Shown piece after piece: positions 22,250 to 34,739 of a stretch of DNA of 64,000 bases. The position numbers and the translations under genes are program-made. A model generated the notes under the pieces. That model worked only from the letters and a program-made list of their open reading frames with translations, made no database searches and was not told where the DNA came from. The first letter of the stretch is position 1, and each line of letters begins with the position of its first letter. Origin of the DNA: Emiliania huxleyi CCMP1516 (taxonomy: Eukaryota); NCBI RefSeq assembly GCF_000372725.1, contig NW_005201249.1:210198-274197 (forward strand), in the 5' to 3' direction.

Positions 22250-23042
22250 ACGGCTCGACCGGATCATGAACACCTCCAAGCAGCTCGCTGGTACGGGCGT
22301 GGTGGTTCACGCCGACAAGCGCCTGAAGACCTTCACCAAGAAGAGCGTCACCCCTCGGCTTGCCTTTGCCTTTCGCCGTCGTAGAAGCGGCGAGCAATCT
22401 GGGACTGTCAGCGACGTGCCTGAGAACGACTCTGGCGAGTTCGAGCGGACCCCGCGTGCGGCCTCGCCGGAGTCTTCAACCGAGATCAGCCTCCGCCTCT
22501 GACATCGGAGCGTGAGAGACGCTCGGCAATCACGACTCTAGTCTCTACACGTACGCTCGGGGCGCAGCCTCGCCAGCGGGATGCGCCCATCGCTGCCCAG
22601 CCCCGCGAGGAGCCTGCTGCGTGGGCCGTGGCCCGCTCCACTGACCACTCGCACATGTTCTGCGGCTGCGCGCAGTGCGGTGTTGCACACGCTCCACCGC
22701 CACTGAAGTTTGAATGTCAAAGCCACGGCGCGGGTGGAAATGCGAACGAGAATTTGTGCAATCTCGGCGGTGACGGTCAGCTCGGCAGGGGCGGCCGCGC
22801 CCAGCTCCAGCTCAAAGAAATTGTTGTAATGGTCCAAGGTCTCAAGTGGATCTTGCGCACAAACGTTCCGCGAGGGACCACACGCGCACGAGGGGTAGGC
22901 TCTGGGCACTTGCCCATTGTGTGCACACACAACACCACAGCGACTACATCTATATCACTCACCCACACACGCTACAGTATGTGGCTATGCCCACGGTCTC
23001 GCCGCTATCGCTCCTCTGCTGGCCAGCTCTAAAGCCGTACCG

Positions 23043-23393
23043 CTACCTCGCCCACGACTGTACCGCAGCTCGCCCCCGCCGCACGGCGCGCTCGAGGTGC
23101 TCGCTGGGCGGGGTGTCGCGCCAGCCGTCGGCCTGGAGCAGAAACGTGGCACTCGCGCCGCCGCCGTCCGCCGATGAGCCAAGGGCGGACCTCTCCTCGC
23201 GCGCCACCGCAACCTCGCGCGCCTCTCGGCGGCCGCAGTGCTCGCAGTACGTCTCGACCCGCTCCCTCCCCTCGCCCGTCGCCGTCGCGCCGGCGAGCGT
23301 GGTCGTCTCGCTCCGCTCGCAGCGGCAGTGGCACGAGGCGCACGCCTGGTACGCGTTGTGGACGCGTTGCGGACGCGTCAGCGGGCGTGCCAT
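23043..23393 (-). CDS. Zinc-ribbon fragment resembling the C-terminal tail of TPM-domain proteins
   Basis: YQACASC...TTTLAGATATGEGRERVETYCEHCG...GGGASATF: two CxxC pairs and a Gly-rich end. Gene limits are unresolved. Confidence 0.4.
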   Translation of the reverse strand: MARPLTRPQRVHNAYQACASCHCRCERSETTTLAGATATGEGRERVETYCEHCGRREAREVAVAREERSALGSSADGGGASATFLLQADGWRDTPPSEHLERAVRRGRAAVQSWAR

Positions 23394-23512
23394 GGACGCG
23401 CCGAGGGCGGCGGCGGTGCGAGCAGAGTGGAGGCGGAGGCGTCGACAGGCTAGACATGGCAGGGAGCAAGAGAGTCAGACTGTGGGGGGGAAGGGCGGGC
23501 GCGGGGAGGGGG

Positions 23513-23570
23513 CGTCTCAGAAGAGTGTCTCAGAAGAGTGTCTCAGAAGAGTGTCTCAGAAGAGTGTCTC
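23513..23570. repeat. 13-bp tandem repeat, ~4 copies
   Basis: (GTCTCAGAAGAGT)n. Confidence 0.9.
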
Positions 23571-23881
23571 GGAGGTGCGTCTCGCACCGCCCCGTCGCCA
23601 CCGCGAGGACTCGCTCCGTGTGGCAGCGCGGGCAGCGGAGCAGGCCGAACACGACGGCGCCGAGCCGCCGCTCGTCTCTGGTACGGAGGGGAAGAGGGGT
23701 GCGGGGGCCTTGTATCCCACCGACTCATCGTAATCGTGCGTCAGCTCATCGTCGCCCGCTTCGATTAATGCGCGCGTACACTATGTTGCGGACGGGCTCG
23801 GGCTGGTAGAGCGAGCCGAGACGCGATGCACGTTGCACAGCCGCGCGTGCGAGAAATACGCGTGGAAATCTCGGGAACTTG

Positions 23882-23982
23882 CACCGCATACACACCGTTG
23901 CCCGACAGGCAGCAGGTGCGCACCGGCCCGATGCTCACCGCATACACACCGTTGCCCGACAGGCAGCAGGTGCGCACCGGCC
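23882..23982. repeat. ~54-bp tandem duplication
   Basis: CACCGCATACACACCGTTGCCCGACAGGCAGCAGGTGCGCACCGGCC occurs twice. Confidence 0.9.
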
Positions 23983-25746
23983 GCGTAGTCCGCCTTCTTG
24001 TACGCCACAGGTGAGCGGGGCCACGCCGGCCGCGCGACGGCGTGTTGTGGAAGCTTTGGGATGCGAGAAATAGTATAGCCGCGTTGAGCTATATCTGGAG
24101 TCTTTGCGACATATGAAGGCAATACCAAGCTCAACACCGCTCTGACAGCGCTCAACAGCTGCTTTCCTCTCCTCAAACAACGTACGGTCTCTCACGCAGA
24201 CACCCCACGGCACGGACACGGCAGCCTGCCACGGACGGAGGCCGCGCCGACCGAGCGGACAAGGCACTCATCCGGGTACGGTGGCTCGCGTGCTGCGCAG
24301 TGGCTGCTATACCACCGGCTCCCTGACCCTCAGCTAAGCCGAGTGGCGATCACGCCGACAACAGGCTGTTGCATCGCAAGCTCTGTGTCGTTGCAGGAAG
24401 GCTCGGTGGCCGCCTCGCAGCAACGAACGCGTCTCGTCCGTGGATGAAGCATCTGCTGGAGGCCATTGGCTGAGCCCACCGGCAACCAATCCGTGTCTGT
24501 CACCAGACACGAGCGCGTCGGAAACTCGCGCTCGGTGCCGCCAACGGGGTGTCTGCAGGGCGGCGCAGCCGCCCCGAGGAAAATTTTGGCCGGAGGACGT
24601 CGGGAGGCCGTCGTTTGTCACGCGGGGAGCCAAGCTGCGGGTATGGCGTCAGCGGCTTACCCCACTAACTCGACCACGGCTCGCTCGGCAACGCGCAGCT
24701 CGCCGTGTACAACACGTGCACCGCCGGCTCCGAGGAGCTCCACCGCGCCGGCGTACGCGCGCCGCGTCTCGGACGCCCTCGGCGCGAGCGGCGGCGGAGG
24801 CGGGCTCAAGCAGCGCCGTGTCCCCCTCCCGGAGCCTCCTCCACCCTCGGCCGCGGAGGACACCCACCCGCGCGCGGACGTGCAGCAGCTGCGCGCCGGC
24901 GACAACCCGGGCGTGCGGCTGCGGCTGCGGCTCCTCGCGCCGCTGCCCGAGTCGCCGCAGCGGCTGCACCGCTCCTTCGCCGCTGCAGAACGCTCCGGCG
25001 CCGTCGTCGCGCTCGCGCTCTTTGGCCACAACCTGCCGCCGGCGCTGCGAGGCTAGCCCTGGCCCAAGCCTCCGCTTTGCTCTAGCCACAGCCCTCGCCC
25101 TAGCCATCGCCCTAGCACCAACCGAGAAGGCCACCTAACATTGCCTTCCCTCACCCCACCTTAGGCCCGGCGGCAAAGCGCGCCACCGTGGAGACGGAGG
25201 CGCCGTCGCTCGTGCGTGCGAGCTGCGAGCCGCCGGTCGGCGGCGGCGAGGGGCAGCGCGTGGCCTACGACTGTCTCCTCTCCTCGTGGTCCAGCCTGCG
25301 GGTAGTTGAGCGCGTGATGGATATCTGCAACACTTTCTTATCAGAGACAAAGGAAAATGGGATCTCAGCAAAACCTCTCGGGAGATACGAAACGCATTCC
25401 CCGGCCCGATGGCCCGCTCTGTATGTGTCAAACATGTGTGCTCATGTGTCACGATGAGCGCGGCTCACCGCCGCCCCCTCTTGCACACATCTCACGCAGG
25501 ACGCAGCTCAGAGCCCCACAGACCAGCGCTCACACCCCCCCCCCACCCCCACCGCCCCAGGCCCCACTCCCACGCGCACACGCGGGCGCGCTCGATGGCC
25601 AGGCGGCACACGCTGGGCCTGGCTTTGGCCCTGCGTTCCATTATTGGCTAATATTTATTGCTGTTATAAACAAAAGGTAAAATAAATCTTCGCCCAGACA
25701 TGCTTCACTCGACGGACGACGCGATGGCCTCCTCTCGACCTCAGGC

Positions 25747-26538
25747 TCAGCAGACATGCTGGTTACCTCGCGGGCAAAAGTCCGTAACTACCTCGCAGGC
25801 AGAGACACCGGCCGATGGCGAGAAGGAGAGCAGGAGATCGAGGCGGCTCCGGTACGCCTCGTCTTTGAAGTGCACACTGTCTTCGAAGGGGAAGTCATGT
25901 CGACAGGCAGTGCCTCTCCAGTCGATGACAGGCAAGGCCGTCCGGCACGCGACGTGTGTGCCAAGGAGAGAGATTTGCTGTAGCAAGGCGTTGCGGCACA
26001 TTTGAGTGGGTAGGAAGGTGTGCTTTCGATAGCGAGGATTGCTGTGGTGCTGCGTGACCCAAGCCAGCCGCGTGTTTGGCCTCAAAATTGCCCTTGCGCT
26101 GCGGACCAAGTGCTCGACTTTCTCAACCCACGTTCGGTTGAAGAGCATCTGTATGTTCCCCGGGGTCATCTCACAGGCGACCGACTCCCAGACGCCAAGA
26201 GTCAGCGTCACTAGGGTAGGTGCGCCGAATGAGCGCTGAGCCTCGCGGAGGATATCAGCCATGCGTGCCACCGGGTCGTGAGGCTCCCAGCTATGCCTGC
26301 GAATCCTGCCGACGGGCCACTGCGGGTAGACGAAGCCGTGGAGGTACTGCGCGATGCACACCAGAGTCGCGTTCTCGAAGCAAGCTGCCGCCAGTGATTT
26401 CGAGAAAGTGCAGCGCGTTGCATTAACCAAGCTCTCACACGTTTTGACGTCGTTGGAATCGCCGAGCAGAAGGACAACGCTGCGGGCGGTCAGCCCCCCA
26501 GTGATGCACAGGAAGGAAGTGTAGAGAGCACAAATCAT
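25747..26538 (-). CDS. SGNH/PC-esterase-like protein, intronless, probably secreted
   Basis: Hydrophobic N-terminus, VLLLGDSN nucleophile motif and C-terminal DSVH (DxxH). Confidence 0.65.
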   Translation of the reverse strand: MICALYTSFLCITGGLTARSVVLLLGDSNDVKTCESLVNATRCTFSKSLAAACFENATLVCIAQYLHGFVYPQWPVGRIRRHSWEPHDPVARMADILREAQRSFGAPTLVTLTLGVWESVACEMTPGNIQMLFNRTWVEKVEHLVRSARAILRPNTRLAWVTQHHSNPRYRKHTFLPTQMCRNALLQQISLLGTHVACRTALPVIDWRGTACRHDFPFEDSVHFKDEAYRSRLDLLLSFSPSAGVSACEVVTDFCPRGNQHVC

Positions 26539-26996
26539 CAAGTAGAGCTCAGTGATGTGTGGGGCACGACAACTCGCGGCCGGCCCGGTTGCGACACGTC
26601 CCCACGCGCACGACGAGTATACCTGTGAAGCCGGGAGGTACTCGAGCCTCGAGGTGTGGCGGTACGTTGCAATGCCGCCGCCTTCACCCGGGGAGACGGG
26701 TCCTGGGTCGCTAATAAGGAAAGTAAGAGAAGTTTCTCCACACACACACATTCCAACGGCAGGCCGCTCGCTTAATTAAGAAATTCTTTTCTTCAATGTC
26801 CACCACCCTCACCGCCGACGGAGCCGTCTTCACCTGGGCGAGGTGTGGGCAAAGGAGCAATGAGAGGGTTAAAAACTTACAACCCTCTTTTTAACCTCCT
26901 GGGTTTTTCAACGCCTCGCATTCTTTTTTCAAAATCAATCCGAATGCCGATCGCTCGCCAAGGCATTGCCGACCTCCACGATCGCTCGCCAAGGCG

Positions 26997-29900
26997 ATGC
27001 CGACCATGGCGCAACCCGGACTGGCTGGCGCTATCGCGCTCAACAACGCCCTCGTCGATGCGCAGTCAAAGCTACCAGAGGGCAGCGCAGCGTTGGACTT
27101 GCCAATGTTTGTGGTCGTCGGAGCGCAGTCATCAGGCAAGTCGAGCGTGCTGGATAACGTGATTGGCCGCTCGTTCCTGCCTCGCGGGTCGGGCACGGTG
27201 ACTCGCCGCCCACTCGTGCTGATGATGCAGCACCACGCGAGCGAAGAGTATGGCGAGTTCAACCACCTCCCGGGTCAGCGCCTCACGACCGACGCGCAGA
27301 TATGCTCGGCGATCGAGAAGGCGACGATCGATGAGTGCGGAGAAAAGGGCTTCTCTTCGAGGCCAATTTACCTCCACTACTATTCGCCTACCGTGCCCGA
27401 CCTCACTTTGGTCGACCTTCCGGGCCTCATCAAAGCACACGCCGCGGATATGGACCCGAGCGCTCCTCACATCATCAAGACCATGGTGCTGGAGTTTGCC
27501 CAGGCACCAGCCGCCATCCTGCTGGCCGTGACGCCGGCGCACAGCGACCTCGTCACCTCGGACGCGATCCAGCTGGCGAGAGAGGTCGACCCCGACGGGC
27601 AGCGCACCCTCGGTGTGCTCACCAAGCTTGACTTGATGGACGAAGGGACCGACTGCTCGACTGCACTCCTCGGGGAGGACCCTCGCGCACCCAAGCTGCG
27701 CCTCGGCTACGTGGGGGTCGTCAACCGCGGCCAAAAGGACATCAACAACGGCGTCGACCTCACGGCCGCACGCGCGCGCGAGCGCACCTTCTTCAAGGAG
27801 CACGGCGTGTACGGCCGCCCCGCGATGAGCGGCGCGCGCCTCGGCACGGAGGCGCTGGTTGCGACCTCGTCGGCGCTGCTGGTGGAGCACATCGAGCGCT
27901 CCCTGCCCAAGCTCAAAAGTCAGATCGCGGCGCGGCTCGAGGCGTCCGAGGGTGAGCTCGCGCGCCTCACCGCCCTCGCCGACCCCGCCGCCATCGAGGC
28001 AACGCTGTTCAAGGTCGTCGCCGACGCGCGCAGCGCCTTCTCGTCGCAGCTTAATCCGGGCGCGGCAATGGCGGTGAGCGAGCCTACACTATCAGCCCGT
28101 CTCCTATTTCGGCAAACTCGGTTTCAGCGCTCTAGTCTCGGCTACGTCTCCACTGCAGGTGAGCCAGATGCGTGCGCGCGCCTTCTCGGCGGGGCACGAC
28201 ATCGAGTCGCTCTTCATCGGCGACTGATGGCGAGCCGCACGCACGCGGAGGCGGGGCGGCTGCTCGAAATTCATTTGAGACTGAGATTAGGCCTGATGAG
28301 CGAGTTGCGCGCGGAGGTCGCCTGCTACTCGCTCGGTGAGCTCGACCTGATGGCGTGACGGCGACGAGATAGCCCGAGATGTCTGCACGAGGTTAGGCGA
28401 GCTCGACCAGATGGCACGGAAGATGGCGGGCGTCGGCGGGATGATCTTCGACGTCGACCAGGCCTTCCGGTTCCTCGTCCGCGAGCAGATCCCAAAGTTC
28501 GAGGCGGTCTGCGTGCGGCTGGTCGAGCGCGTGCGCGAGCGCCTCGAGAGCAGCGTGCGGGAGATGGAGCTCGGCATCGGGGGAGACTTCACCTCCGCGG
28601 CTAGCCAGCAGGGTGCCGTGAACAGTGTCTCTTCACACCGGCAAGCGGTGTCCTTCAGGCGCCTTCCCGCGGCTCGCCGGTGAGGTGCGAGACGCGTGCC
28701 TCCGGATCCTCGCCGACTACGCGGCGCCCACACGGACGCTCGTTCAGGAGCTAGTGGCCATGGAGAACGCTCGCATCAACCTGGCGCACCCGAGCTTTGT
28801 CGCCCGGCCGTCGGAGCTCGAGAGCTTCAACGGCGCAATGACGCGTCTCGCTAAGCGGATGGGGCCGGCCTTTGGCGCGAACCACAGGGTGCACGACGTG
28901 GTGCACGAGGGGCCCGCACGCAAGCGGCGCATCAAGACGGGCGGCCTCCAAAAGTTCGTCTCTCTGGGCCACACGCGCCACCTGCTGCTGCTGCGCACGG
29001 GCAAGCTGCAGCGGCTCTCAAGCCGCCTCTCTGAATAACCATCCCTGAACTTCGGCTGAGACCTCCAAATAGGCCACCTGCAGTGGTTCGAGCCGCACGG
29101 CGAAACGACCCAAGCTAAGGGTACCCTCAAGCTCGAAGGGTGCAAGCTCCGGCGCGAGCCTCGCGCGTGCAGCCGCGCATATCGGGCTAGAGGTCGGGTA
29201 ATCGTGTCGCGAGAGAATAGGCGCGAGCTCCGCTCCCCCGGTGATGTCCGGCCATCCGCAAAGCCGGCGAGGGCGGGCGAGCGGAAGCAGCTGTACCTGT
29301 ATGGCGCGCCCGCGCTCCTGAATTCCGAGATCCTGCTCCAGTTCGAGGACGAGGTCGTCGCCGACGAGTGGGAGCGCCAGCTGCAGCTCGTCATCGACGA
29401 GACGCTCGCGGCGGAGCCCGACGACGCGCAGAGCGACGCCACGGCCGCGGCCGGCGCTGGGGTGGCGGCCAGGCTAACGGGTGTGCTAGCGCCACTCAAG
29501 GAGGAGCACGCGGCGCTGCGCGACTTGTCGGAGGCGGCCCGTATCGCCCACTTCAAGCTTGTGCACATGCTCGACTCGTACGTGGGCATCGTGCAGGCGA
29601 CGCTGTGCGACCTTGTGCCCAAGGCGATCACCGCGCGCCTGCTCAACGCGACGAGGGACGCGATCAACGCGCGGCTCGAGCCGACGCTGGGTCGCGGCTC
29701 GGTGGCCGCGGTCGTCGCGGAGCTGATGGCGCCCACACCCGAGCACGAAGCCTCGCTCGCGAGGCTGCAGGCGGAGGTTGGGTCGCTCCGCGAGTGTGCG
29801 CGCGTCGTCGCCCACGTCCCCTGCCACGTCCGCGCCGCCCCGTCGCCGGCTACCAACGTCGAGCCTACACGCTCGCCTCTCTCGGAGCTGGCGGACCCCA

Positions 29901-30054
29901 CGGCTCGAACCACTCTACTTTAGAGAGCGCTGTGGACGCGGCTTCCGCGGACTTCCGCGCCTCCGCGCCGTGGCTTGGCGCGCCGGCCGCGGCCGAGGCG
30001 GTTGAAAGAGAGGGCGAGAGAGAGCGCGCTGCACACAATCTGCGCGCGCTCTAG
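26997..30054 (+). CDS. Dynamin-family GTPase with middle, PH and GED domains (multi-exon)
   Basis: G1 GAQSSGKSS, G2 RGSGTVTRRP, G3 DLPG, G4 TKLD; PH-like VHEGPARKR...LQWFE...KGTLKLEGC...ADEWERQL; GED LDSYVGIVQATLCDLVPKAI. Confidence 0.92.
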
Positions 30055-30143
30055 CGAGAGATTTCTCCCTTTTCGTTCTCGCTCTCGAGACACTTGTCCC
30101 TTTTCTGTAAATTCTCATACAATTCAGCTGTAAGCACCTATCG

Positions 30144-31790
30144 CTACTTAGCAGACTCTACGCTCGACGCGCTGGCGGTGCGTCCGATCTCTGCCACCAG
30201 CGCCGGCTCCAGCTTTGGCGCCGGCGCAGCGTTGAAGCGCGAGAAAATGAAGTCGGTCTCGTACGGCCCGGGCACCTCGTACAGAGCGGCGTCGCCGTCG
30301 ATGGCGCCCTGCTGGCGCGAGGGCGGGTGAGAGGCGAGCGGCGGGGCGGGGGCGGAAGAGAGGCGACTGGCGGGGCTTCTCACCTCCGCCATCGCCTCGG
30401 TTGTGAACTCGCCCTCCTCGGGGTAAATGTCGAGCTTGCCGTTCCGCGACTTACTGGACGAGAAGGACTGGCCAAAAATGCCGTGTGGCAGGCTGCGCGC
30501 GGCGTAGTCGCCGTGCAGGGTGAAGCCGACGTCCAGCCGATGGCTCGGCCCCGCGATGGCGTGCGTGGGGCTCCCCTTAACCACCACCGAGACGTCCCCA
30601 ATCGTAAAAGTTGCGTGCGCCATCGCGACGCTTGCAACCGCCTCTTCACACGCTTTGCGGCCGCCCTTACCCAGCTTAAACTTGTGGCCGCCGCACGAGC
30701 CCGTCACCACGTCCCACGCCCAGTTGTTCTCGCCGAGACGCGACGCCCAAAAGGAGAAGTTTGCCAGCTTGCGCTTGTCGCCGCCCACCCTCGCCACCAC
30801 GTGCGCCTCGGTCACAAAGCTGCCGTGTACGATGAGCGGCGGGCTACCATCCAGCTTCCTGTCGAGCGGAAATGTGGCGTTCTCCGTTTTCAAGTTGACA
30901 GCGAGCCCAGGAGCGGAGAAGAAGGAGTAGAGGCGCCCATGCCGCCCCCTGAAGTCGGCGCGTCCGCCGTGCGCGAAATGGAGGTGCGGGTCCTGCAGTA
31001 TCTCATACCGGTGCGTGATGTTCATGGCCGCAATAGTGAAGCCGCCCGCCCCGCCTGTGATGCCGTCGTAGCACTTCTCGTCCTTGATAACTAGGTCGGC
31101 TAGCCCGCTGCGGGCGCCGCTGTAGAACAGCAGCTTCGTCTCGACGGGGTTGATTTCACTGTAGTCTCCTTCTGCCACGGCGAGCGTCTCGATGACGCCG
31201 AGGCAAGTCTGACCAGGAGAGTGCATTAGCGGAAACTCCTCGTCTATGGTGATTACTGCGCAAGTGCTGGCGTTGGTGCAGTGTTCGGTCGCTTGCATCG
31301 CAAAGCTGTACGGCTCCAACGCACTCCCTGTATCGCCCGGGAGGTAGCTTAAATACCTTAGCAGTTCCGGCCGCAGGACCGGTGTGACCTGCGAGTCCTT
31401 TGCGGCCAGGAAGACGACTATTTTTGCCTGCGCCACGAGCGATCCGCCCGGTGAGAGATGAGGAGGCAATGGCAGGCAGCCACAGCGGCGACTGCCAAGA
31501 GAAAAGGGGGGGGGGTTCGGGTGCTCCACTCACGTCTTTCTTTAGCACCGCATCGACGGGCTCCGCTCCCACACAAATGAGCGCCGAAGCGTCGTCAGGG
31601 TCGTGGTAGCACATTTTCGGCCGTGTTGAGAGGTTCTCGAGGCATACCTGGATCCCGATCGTATCGCCAAACTTGAGGTGGTTCGGGTTACAATTGTCCC
31701 GGTCGAAGGCTCCGTTCGTGTACTGACACACAGGGCGAGGAGACGGTGTCAGAGGTGCCGAAAGAGCAGTCAGAAGAACAGAGGCCGTCA
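30144..31790 (-). CDS. Multi-exon protein with a C-terminal VWD-like domain
   Basis: QDPHLHFAHGGRADFRG...LYSFFS...HGIFGQS pattern typical of VWD-like extracellular domains. The 5' exons probably extend toward ~32120. Confidence 0.6.
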
Positions 31791-32254
31791 ATCGTTATAA
31801 GTGTGCATAGGGATCAGGGTGCTAGAGCTGGTGGTCGTCGAGATCGCTGGCTTCTGGGGTATTGGCTTTGCCTGGCAGATGTTGACGTTGGTAGCTGCGG
31901 GGCGAGGGAGGGGGGAAGGGGTGAGGAGACCGCCAAGGTCGCGCTGCAGATCTGGGCCCTAGAGGTGTCTCTCAGAAGTGCCTCTCCCTGGGGCGGTTTG
32001 CGCCTACAGAGGCGGAGCATACGCTCGCCACGTCGAAGGATCTGGCGTCGGTGACGAGCATGTAGGGCGAGGAGCCGACGCCACCTCGTATCGCCTCTCG
32101 GACGAAGTGGTGCGGCATGGTCGCGGGGAGCAGGGGTGCTCGCGAGTGGGAACAGCCGTCGGAAGGCAGATTAGAACGGTAAAAGCAGACTCGTGTTCAT
32201 CGTTTGGCCAATTCCGCCGAACAGAATAAAATAAACCGCGCCTCGCGATCATCT

Positions 32255-32330
32255 GGCCCGCTGGGTGCGCTTCTTAGCTCCCCGGCCCTGGATGTGAGGT
32301 TGCCAACTGCACTCCAAGTGCTCCAAGTGC
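32255..32330 (-). repeat. Dispersed module X, copy 1
   Basis: Reverse complement is GCACTTGGAGCACTTGGAGTGCAG...CACATCCAGGGCCGGGGAGCTAAGAA, also present at 45404-45479 and 58619-58678. Confidence 0.9.
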
Positions 32331-32583
32331 CAAGCTCGAGGAGGAGGCGCGCTCGTGCCAGTGAGTGTGCGCGCCAGTCCCTCCGTGCCTCTCTGTGTGT
32401 CAGGGATAGTCAGGGCCGTCCATGACGCATGAGAGCTTCAGTCTGCTCGGTCGGGGACGCCCGCTCTACAGCGCTCTACATGTCTACAGCAGCGCTCTCT
32501 GACGTACACACTACATCCTCTACAGACTACATGGAATGGCTACCTAATGGCCAGCCGCCAACGGAGCCCTACACCTTTTCCTC

Positions 32584-33363
32584 CTACCTTCGGTGATGCA
32601 GTAAGAACCGCTCGCAGAGTCGGCTGTGCGCCACGCAGAGTGCCGCTAGGAAGCCTCCGACCAGGGTGAAGACCGGCGTGAACTCCCTCCTCGCGTTCCG
32701 CTCCCGAACGCGGTCCTCGACGGCGTCACCAGCGAGGATGCCGCAGAAGAACGCCACGACTATTGCCAGGCTCAATACAGCTTTATCTCTCAGAATGGTC
32801 CGCGCCGAGGCGTCTTTGGCCCGTCCCAGGCAGATCTGCAGCAGCGCATTAGGAGGTATGCGCATGTGCCCGGTCAAGAGGGTCGAGACGACCCCGTCGG
32901 GGTGCGCATTGCAGTACCCACCGGCCACGATGCCCGTGAGGAAGGAGATAGGGGTGAGGAAATAGAGGTCCTTTCCCTCGCACAGCAGGGTCCTTCCCCT
33001 ATCTCCTTCCGTGCAGCTCTGCTGTGCGTGCCGCAGCCCGTCGCCCAGCGCACCCATGGAGACCACTGCAAACATCGCCACGCCCAGAACCCTGCCCTTA
33101 TCCTCGACGAGGATGTTGAGCGCATCGTACGCGATTCCGCCGCCGATATACGCGGCGATGAGGGAGGCAGTTAGCAGCATCTCCTCAACCCTCCATTCTC
33201 GGGCCTCGACGGCGAGGAGGAGAAGATTGCCCGTCATGACGGTTGCAAAGCGAGCTGAGATTTGGTAGGTGATGCCGGTGAGGGCGCCCCAGGCCAGTGC
33301 GTAGCAGGACTTGAGAAGAAGGAGGATGCGCTTCTCGCTGCGGCTGATATTTTCGTCTGCCAT
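32584..33363 (-). CDS. DUF1275/YoaK-family membrane protein, intronless
   Basis: FATVMTGNLLLL, STLLTGHM and AFFCGILAG motifs with ~6 hydrophobic segments. Confidence 0.8.
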   Translation of the reverse strand: MADENISRSEKRILLLLKSCYALAWGALTGITYQISARFATVMTGNLLLLAVEAREWRVEEMLLTASLIAAYIGGGIAYDALNILVEDKGRVLGVAMFAVVSMGALGDGLRHAQQSCTEGDRGRTLLCEGKDLYFLTPISFLTGIVAGGYCNAHPDGVVSTLLTGHMRIPPNALLQICLGRAKDASARTILRDKAVLSLAIVVAFFCGILAGDAVEDRVRERNARREFTPVFTLVGGFLAALCVAHSRLCERFLLHHRR

Positions 33364-33540
33364 GCTTCCGACGCGAGTCAGCGAGCAGGCTTTACATACT
33401 CGCGTATGTTACACTCTCGTACTAAAGAACAGTCATACCAGCGAGCAGCGACCGGACATAAACAAATAAATAAATAAAATAACATCGCAAACCCTGTCAG
33501 CAGTCCTCCTCCGGGAATGTACATAAGAGCCACATACATT

Positions 33541-33886
33541 TAAAAACGGACACCTCTCTGTGAGATAGGTAAAAAGGAACAGGTGCCCGCCCGTGCGATC
33601 GCTTTGTGCAGGCAGGGTTCTTTGTGGGTGTGGTCGGCGACTAGCCGGCCGGGGTCGTCCTCCCGATGGGGGACTAGCACTAGCCGTCTTCCACATGGTC
33701 CCTCGGGTCCCTGCTGCTCCTAATCTCTTCGTACATCCTCCTGCTGATCTCCGCAAAGTCCTGCTCCCTCCCTCGTCTCGCCCTGCGCGTCTGCTCCGCC
33801 TCCCCGTTGTCTGCCCTGCCTCGTCTGGCGACTGGTCCTCCATAGTCGGTTGAGGTCGCCGCCCTCCTCGTGCCTCTGTCCAACGC
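33541..33886 (-). mobile_element. Dispersed ~340-bp repeat A, copy 1; probable 3' end of a retroelement
   Basis: Highly similar to 47891-48225. Both carry the minus-strand ORF tail GTRRAATSTDYGGPV...EISRRMY and lie near (TAAA)n runs. Confidence 0.7.
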
Positions 33887-34739
33887 TCTCTCGGCCAGAC
33901 GCTATATACACCTATGGGGGGGTTCGCAGAATGACACAGAACGAAAATCCGCCGACCCGTCTCTTGTGTGTTGTGAGAGTGAGTGTGACTGTGTGCGCTA
34001 CTGCAGCGCTGCTGTGGGTAGGAGCCCATCTGTTAGTGTAGAGTACTGAGTCGAGGCTACGTAGAGCTAGAGAGCGGTGTCCGTTTTATTTCGTATTCTA
34101 TATACTGGGCTGGGTCTTTCGCGTTTAGGCATTGTGGGGTTGGCACTCCCATCGACCCTCATGACCTCCTGCGGTCTCTGAGATGGACACCAGTGGGTGT
34201 GGGACCACAGCCAGGATACACTCGAAGGCTGCGTAAGCAGTAGAGGTCGATACTCGACGCGTCCCACATGGTATGTGTCGCTGTCGGCACGCTGTCGACA
34301 GGCGGACGTCGAGCGACACCCCGGCGGCAGTGCCACCCAGGAGTGGTCGGGCGGTCTCCCGTCATGAAAGGGCCACCATGTGATCCGTATGATGATTCCT
34401 GACAACCGCCTCAGTCATCTTTCGTCGCAGTCGTCCCGCTCTGAGAGGAGCTGCGGGTCAGTTCGACAGCTGGAGCTGTGTCGCCGGCGGCGGCGGCCTG
34501 CCTCCGCGCGGAGGTGCCTCTGAGGTGGACATTTTTTGGTCACAGAGAACGCGTTCGAATTTTCACTCCGGAGCTTCAACTCTGCACGCGCACCGGCCAG
34601 GGCTACAATAGTGCCAGTGAGCCGACTCGAAGGCCGCGACCGTCAAGTGTTCCCCACATTTATTTCCTCTTCTGCTGTGAACCCAGCCACGTACACGCAG
34701 ACAATCGCCTCTCAGACGGGTATATACTTAACACACATA

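Noticed and set aside
24700..25330. Possible spliced gene fragment
   Set aside because: Coding-like but with no recognisable motif or defensible ends.
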